Assembly (NCBI GenBank): GCA_049514055.1 | Contig: JBEKVL010000145.1 | Location: forward strand, 1 to 10,427 | Length of the DNA stretch: 10,427 bases | From: Tepidisphaeraceae bacterium | GTDB lineage: Bacteria; Planctomycetota; Phycisphaerae; Tepidisphaerales; Tepidisphaeraceae | Direction of reading: 5' to 3' | Shown here: piece by piece, positions 6,227-10,427 of the stretch | Layout: every line of letters starts with the position of its first letter | Numbering within the stretch: the first letter of the stretch is position 1 | Translations under genes and position numbers: made by a program | Notes under the pieces: generated by a model | Seen by the model: only the letters and a program-made list of their open reading frames with translations | What the model was told of the DNA's origin: nothing | Databases searched by the model: none

Positions 6227-8083
6227 ATGGTTATCTTCTTCATGTTTCTCGTCGGTGCCGCGATGGCCGTCGGTGCCTGGGTTCCGCCCGGTTGGGATCC
6301 CATGGCCCGCTGGATCGTCTCCGGCTTCGGCGCCATCGTCGCCCTGGTCGCGGCGTTCGCCTCGCTCGTCTCCAAGTTCTACCGCAAGGCATCCGCCAAC
6401 ATGGCCTTCGTCCGCACCGGCAGCGGCGGCGCCCAGGTCATCAAAGACGGCGGCATGCTCGTCTTCCCCGTCATCCACCAGGTCGTCCCCGTCTCCCTGG
6501 AAACCATGCGCCTCAACGTCGAGCGCATCGGCACCCACGCCCTGATCACCAAGGACAACCTCCGCGTCGACCTGTCGGCCGAGTTCTATATCAAGGTGCA
6601 GGCCAACACCGACGACATCCTTCAGGCCGCCCGATCGCTCGGAGGCCGTAACGTCCAGCCGCAGGCCGTCAGCGAACTCGTGCAGGAAAAGCTCGTCAGC
6701 GCCCTGCGGACGGTCGCGGCTACCAAAGACCTCGTCGAACTGCACGCCAAGCGCGATGAGTTCGCCAGTGCCGTGCAGGCCATCGTCACCCACGACCTGG
6801 CCAGCAACGGCCTGACGCTCGAATCGGTCACCATCTCCAGCCTCGACCAGACCGACCCCACGCAGCTTCAGTCGCAGAACGTCTTCGACGCCCAGGGCCT
6901 GCGGAAGATCGCCGAGATCACTCAGAAGGCCCGCATCGAACGCAACGAGATCGAGCGCGAGGCCGAGCAGGCCGTCGTCGGCAAGAACGTCTCCACGAAG
7001 AAGAAAGTGCTCGACATGGAGCGCGATCAGGCCGAGTTCGAGGCCGACCAGAAGATGAAGGTCGCCAACGTCCGCGCCGCCCGCGAGCGCGAGGTGGCCG
7101 AATTCAAACTCGCCCAGGACGAGGCTGTCGCCCGCCGCGACATCGAGAAGATGCAGGCCATCGAGACCACCGAGGTCAATCGCACGCTGGCCGTCGAACA
7201 GGCCCAGATCGCCAAGAAGATCGCCCTGGTCACCAAGCAGCGCGAGCAGGAAACCACCGAGATCCAGAAGAAACAGACGGTGGAAGTGGCCGAGCGGGCC
7301 AAGGAAGTCGCCGTTGCCCAGAAGGAACAGGAACGCGCCGCCGCCCAGGCCGAGATGCTTACGGCCGAGGCCCAGCGCGAGCAGGCCAAGCAGCAGGTGC
7401 TCACCGTGCAGGTCACCAGCGAGGCTTCCCGCGAGGCCGAAAAGAAGCTGATCGCGGCCAAGCAGGTCATCGCGGAAAACAAGATCCGCCAGGAAACCGG
7501 CGCCGACGTGGTGGCCTATGCCAAGGTCAAGGAAGCCGAAGGCGAACGCAAGGCGGCCGACCTGCAATACGAAGCCAAGCTCCGTCTGGCCGAGGGCGAT
7601 TCGCAGTCGAGCATCAAGCGTGCCGAGGGCGAGAAGGCCCTCAAGATGGTCGATGTCACCGTCGAACGCGAACGCGTGAACGTCGAGCAGGCCCGCGTCG
7701 AAGTCGAGCGCCAGAGCCTGGCCAACAAGCAGGAGTTCGAGGAAGCCGCGCTCAAGTTCGAGCTCGACAAGCTGCGGATCATGGCCGACCGCGACGCCCG
7801 TATTCAGGTCGCCCAGGCGATGGGCAGCATGTTGGGCAAGGCCAACATGCAGATTTTCGGCGACCCCGAAACGATGGCGAGGATGTCCGAGCGGTTCATC
7901 AGAGCCGCCAGCTACGGCCAGGCCGCCGAAGGACTGGTGACCAACCTGTCGCCGGAGGTCAAAGGGTTGTTGTCGCGGTTCGGCGTGAACCTGGACGCCA
8001 AGCCCGCCGCCGCGGTTGTGGCAGCGAAGCCGGTTGAGCAAGCGGAAGAGCCGAAGGTTGTGGAGCCGAAGAAGCGTGGATAG
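6227..8083 (+). CDS. Flotillin-family SPFH/band-7 protein (YuaG/FloT- or YqiK-like) with a long E/A/K/Q-rich coiled-coil region
   Basis: RBS AAGGGAGG sits 6 nt before ATG 6227. An N-terminal TM helix is followed by the SPFH core (AFVRTGSGGAQVIKDGGMLVFPVIHQVVPVSLETMRLNVE...LRVDLSAEFYIKV). An extended EA-repeat coiled coil follows, then the flotillin C-terminal region. It lies 27 bp downstream of the nfeD-like gene. Confidence 0.85.
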   Translation: MVIFFMFLVGAAMAVGAWVPPGWDPMARWIVSGFGAIVALVAAFASLVSKFYRKASANMAFVRTGSGGAQVIKDGGMLVFPVIHQVVPVSLETMRLNVERIGTHALITKDNLRVDLSAEFYIKVQANTDDILQAARSLGGRNVQPQAVSELVQEKLVSALRTVAATKDLVELHAKRDEFASAVQAIVTHDLASNGLTLESVTISSLDQTDPTQLQSQNVFDAQGLRKIAEITQKARIERNEIEREAEQAVVGKNVSTKKKVLDMERDQAEFEADQKMKVANVRAAREREVAEFKLAQDEAVARRDIEKMQAIETTEVNRTLAVEQAQIAKKIALVTKQREQETTEIQKKQTVEVAERAKEVAVAQKEQERAAAQAEMLTAEAQREQAKQQVLTVQVTSEASREAEKKLIAAKQVIAENKIRQETGADVVAYAKVKEAEGERKAADLQYEAKLRLAEGDSQSSIKRAEGEKALKMVDVTVERERVNVEQARVEVERQSLANKQEFEEAALKFELDKLRIMADRDARIQVAQAMGSMLGKANMQIFGDPETMARMSERFIRAASYGQAAEGLVTNLSPEVKGLLSRFGVNLDAKPAAAVVAAKPVEQAEEPKVVEPKKRG

Positions 8084-8095
8084 TGCGGCGGCGGA

Positions 8096-8233
8096 ATGAC
8101 GAAATTCGAAATTCGAATTGCACGAGTTAAATTCGAATCGGAAATGCGGCAATGAGCAGAACGGCGACGGCGATTTGTGTTTGGTCCTTCGAATTTAATT
8201 CGTAATTCGAATTTCGAGTTTCGAATTTCAGTC
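8096..8233. repeat. AT-rich ~135-bp element with MITE-like architecture. Imperfect terminal inverted repeats (GAAATTCGAAATTCGAATTG...TTAAATTCG at 8101-8140, and CGAATTTAATTCGTAATTCGAATTTCGAGTTTCGAATTTC at 8189-8228) flank a GC-richer ~45-bp core.
   Basis: Read directly. It is built from TTCGAA / GAAATTC words and ATTTCGA-type heptamers, related to the 2026-2104 element. It lies between the flotillin stop and the K+ channel start. Confidence 0.5.
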
Positions 8234-8280
8234 CCGGGCTTCGGTTCTCGATCATCGTCCCGTACGCAAGAGGCAACCCT

Positions 8281-8703
8281 ATGTCGTGGACTCTCCGAGG
8301 TGACCTAGAGCTTTTCGGCATTCACCTGCCCGACACGCTGCCCATCGACGACTGGGCGGCGAAGCTGACGGGCCACCCCTGCACCAACAGCGCCACGCTC
8401 GTCGTCCTCTCGGCCATCGCCTTCCTCAAGGCCGAGAAGGGCCACAACCCCAAGGTCAACGACATCTACGACGCCCTGGTCTACACGTCGACCTGCCTGT
8501 CCGTCGGTTACGGCGACATCTTCGCCCGCACGTCCGCCGGCAAGGTCATCGGCACCGCCCTGATGACCATCGGCCCCGCCCTCGCCGCCCGCACTCTCGA
8601 CGGCCCCGCCGCCCACCCGACCGATGACGTCCATGCCGAAATCCTGGCCACGCTCAAACAGATATTGGCCAAGCTGGACAAGGAATCGGAACCAGCCGCA
8701 TGA
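8281..8703 (+). CDS. Minimal 2-TM potassium channel (pore-only, Ion_trans_2-like), 140 aa
   Basis: Outer helix SATLVVLSAIAFL, pore helix IYDALVYTSTCLSVGYGD with an SVGYGD selectivity filter, then an inner helix with a GK...G pattern (TSAGKVIGTALMTIGPALAA). This fits the K+ channel signature TxGYGD-x5-GK. There is no voltage-sensor or RCK domain. The N-terminal boundary is uncertain. Confidence 0.65.
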   Translation: MSWTLRGDLELFGIHLPDTLPIDDWAAKLTGHPCTNSATLVVLSAIAFLKAEKGHNPKVNDIYDALVYTSTCLSVGYGDIFARTSAGKVIGTALMTIGPALAARTLDGPAAHPTDDVHAEILATLKQILAKLDKESEPAA

Positions 8704-8719
8704 TGCCCCTCTGTGGTGG

Positions 8720-8738
8720 CACGGGCTTCCAGCCCGTG
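8720..8738 (+). terminator. GC-rich hairpin (CACGGGCT-tcc-AGCCCGTG, 8-bp stem) 17 nt after the K+ channel stop; candidate terminator lacking a U-tract
   Basis: Read directly. It also lies at the high-GC / low-GC compositional boundary. Confidence 0.35.
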
Positions 8739-8857
8739 GCTGCGGTACACCGCGGCATCAACTCTCTCATCAGGAAATGTGAACGAAGTGCGACGTAGCT
8801 GATCGCATGGCCGAAACGCTTCCGCGAACACAACGCCATTCTGTTTATTGCCCTGGC

Positions 8858-9460
8858 TTACCGTTTACGCAGTATGTGCCCGTCGCAAATGAATTCGACT
8901 TCGATGCCGATGACCCTCCGACCTGCCTTCAGTGCAAATACCGGAAATGTTCCATCGCCGAAGCCGGATTGGCACACCGCGAAGCGCACACTCCGGCAAC
9001 CGAACTTCAGATGCACAATCTCGCCAAAGCGGCCCATCATTTCACCGGTGAGTTCAGCAAGGTCGTCTTCATCATCGTCCGTAAGCGTGGCTCGAATTGC
9101 ATCGAGATCTGCGATAGCGACAGCGCCAAAGTCCACGGATACTTGGCCAATCTGCGGCCCGAAAGACGGCTTCGCTCCTGCATCGCGGGCTCGAACTCGG
9201 GATAGGCATAGGCTGCCATTAAAGTCGATGAGTCTCGCCTCGACCAGATGGTCGCCGATAGGCACGCGAACACACACAGCATCCGGCCCTGGGATCGCGC
9301 CCAGATCGGCAACGGATATTCTGCCCGAAATGATGGGCAATTTCCCCACCGAATACCATTGCGGCCGTTCACGGCCCACCACGCCGTTGCCGGGGTAGAC
9401 ACCAGTATCTTTTCGCATTGCGGTAGCAAGTCGCATTCCTCGTACCTCAGCCTGGACCAT
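8858..9460 (-). CDS. Hypothetical protein with a tentative DUF4241-like motif (SGRISVADL...VSVDFGAVAIADLDAI, acidic DDDEDD patch)
   Basis: 200-aa ORF with ATG at 9458-9460. Codon usage is mixed at third positions, unlike the GC3-rich upstream genes. The motif resembles the SGRLVAxDP and GVDxGxxxFAD blocks recalled from the DUF4241 family; this rests on memory, not a search. The competing + strand ORF 8807-9205 has no recognisable features. Confidence 0.5.
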   Translation of the reverse strand: MVQAEVRGMRLATAMRKDTGVYPGNGVVGRERPQWYSVGKLPIISGRISVADLGAIPGPDAVCVRVPIGDHLVEARLIDFNGSLCLSRVRARDAGAKPSFGPQIGQVSVDFGAVAIADLDAIRATLTDDDEDDLAELTGEMMGRFGEIVHLKFGCRSVRFAVCQSGFGDGTFPVFALKAGRRVIGIEVEFICDGHILRKR

Positions 9461-9468
9461 TTGACCGA

Positions 9469-10251
9469 TTACCTTCGGCGCGATACCCGCTTCACGGCCG
9501 CGAGCAACTGCATGTAGTCTGCTGGAAGACCGTCTTGCGGTTCGTCCGCCAGCGGAACCTCCGTCCCCGCAAGCCTCGCGAGATCACGGGACAACAGAGT
9601 ATTCTCAAAGACATCGGCTCTGCACAACGCCGCATAATCCAACAGCAGAAATACTGCACGACCCGGCCAGTACCGTCTCAGAAGATACCACTCGTCGGCA
9701 CCTGCAGGGTACAGCAGGCATCCACACTGCGGACACAACGAGGAGGCAGTTCCATCGGTGTCCCGCAGACAACCGACGATTTGTTTCGCAACGAGATATG
9801 CGTGCGTATTGTGAGCGTAGCCGTTGCTGCCACGAATCGGAAAGAAATGGCACGATCGACGCATCCCCCGGCGGCCGATCAAGTCAATCAACTCATGACT
9901 CATCACAACTCCGCTGTGCAGCCACGAGACGTGGCCGGCATGCGTGTTCATGTGTTCATCATTGTCGACAACGACCTCTCCGAATCCCTCAATCCGATCG
10001 TAGTTCACGCGAGAACACTTCTTGCACACAAATCCGTTCTTCGTCTGCCGCCGCAGCCATGGTTGATCGGCAACCCAACCAAATCGGCCCGTCGAAGCGA
10101 GATTGTAGACGTATTGCCGTGGATGTTTGGCAACGTGTTGCATGAGACAGTTTGGAATCCTATCGCGTTCTTCATGACAATCAACGAGGAATACGAGGGG
10201 ACGCGAATCCACGGGTCCATGACCCTTTCGGCGTAATCCCCGCCCCGTCAT
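9469..10251 (-). CDS. HNH / His-Me-finger endonuclease-like protein with flanking CxxC zinc-ligand pairs. The start is uncertain: the ORF stays open to the window edge at 10425, and alternative ATGs lie at 10143 and 10251.
   Basis: ...FVCKKCSRV...SCHFFPIRGSNGYAHNTHAY...LCPQCGC resembles the HNH core (CxxC...H-[IF]-x-P-x-x-x-G-G-x-N...N-x-H...CxxC). It lies 8 bp upstream of the DUF4241-like gene on the same strand, in low-GC sequence. Confidence 0.4.
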   Translation of the reverse strand: MTGRGLRRKGHGPVDSRPLVFLVDCHEERDRIPNCLMQHVAKHPRQYVYNLASTGRFGWVADQPWLRRQTKNGFVCKKCSRVNYDRIEGFGEVVVDNDEHMNTHAGHVSWLHSGVVMSHELIDLIGRRGMRRSCHFFPIRGSNGYAHNTHAYLVAKQIVGCLRDTDGTASSLCPQCGCLLYPAGADEWYLLRRYWPGRAVFLLLDYAALCRADVFENTLLSRDLARLAGTEVPLADEPQDGLPADYMQLLAAVKRVSRRR

Positions 10252-10427
10252 CAGGACCGGCGTCCGCACTGGCCTTCCTGCCGCGTAACCAGCGGCACAA
10301 ACACAACTTGCAATCCGCCAGCCGTGGCCAATGATCACATTAAAACACCAATAAGCCACAACTGACATCGCGGCTTGACAATCCTTCTTTCCGGCCTTGC
10401 ACGCCATAACCCCCTGATTCCTCACAA

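Noticed and set aside
6206-8152. 648-aa ORF on the - strand opposite the flotillin gene
   Set aside because: It is antisense to a confidently identified flotillin CDS that has a strong RBS. The translation is a repetitive G/L/D/A-rich mirror of the coiled-coil codons.
8127-8321. 64-aa - strand ORF across the AT-rich MITE-like element
   Set aside because: It is a translation of low-complexity AT-rich repeat DNA. It has no RBS and runs into the K+ channel start.
8807-9205. 132-aa + strand ORF overlapping the DUF4241-like gene
   Set aside because: It has no recognisable motifs, whereas the - strand frame carries DUF4241-like blocks and forms a tight tandem pair with the HNH-like gene.
9535-10236. 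233-aa + strand ORF opposite the HNH-like gene
   Set aside because: It has no recognisable domain. The - strand frame carries the H-N-H core with paired CxxC zinc ligands.

Overview
This is a high-GC (~65-67%) bacterial chromosomal window whose last ~1.7 kb drops sharply to ~50-52% GC. Its gene content (BlaR1-secretin fusion, FmdB zinc ribbon, AT-rich intergenic repeats) suggests a Planctomycetota-like genome, held with low confidence. Reading left to right, the + strand carries a 3' part of dnaJ (four CxxCxGxG zinc-finger repeats), a perfect 21-bp stem-loop, grpE, three copies of a GGTGGGCA-n-TGCCCACC palindrome, an FmdB-family zinc-ribbon gene, an AT-rich heptamer-repeat element and a yacG-like gyrase-inhibitor gene. 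The - strand then carries a blaI-blaR1 type operon in which the M56 signal-transducing peptidase is fused to a C-terminal secretin-like (GspD/PilQ-type) domain. It is preceded by a TTGACA-17-TAGATT promoter interleaved with two canonical BlaI/MecI dyads (ATTACA-N2-TGTAAT). Divergently on the + strand sits an NfeD-like OB-fold membrane protein carrying a 35-unit (Asp-Xaa) acidic repeat encoded by a (GAYGCN)35 hexanucleotide microsatellite. It is followed by a coiled-coil-rich flotillin/SPFH protein, an AT-rich element with MITE-like terminal inverted repeats, and a minimal 140-aa K+ channel with an SVGYGD selectivity filter. The low-GC tail, which uses different codons, carries a DUF4241-like gene and an HNH/His-Me-finger endonuclease-like gene on the - strand and is probably horizontally acquired. 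Many long ORFs antisense to real genes in the high-GC part are GC-artefacts and were rejected. No tRNA, rRNA or CRISPR array was recognised.
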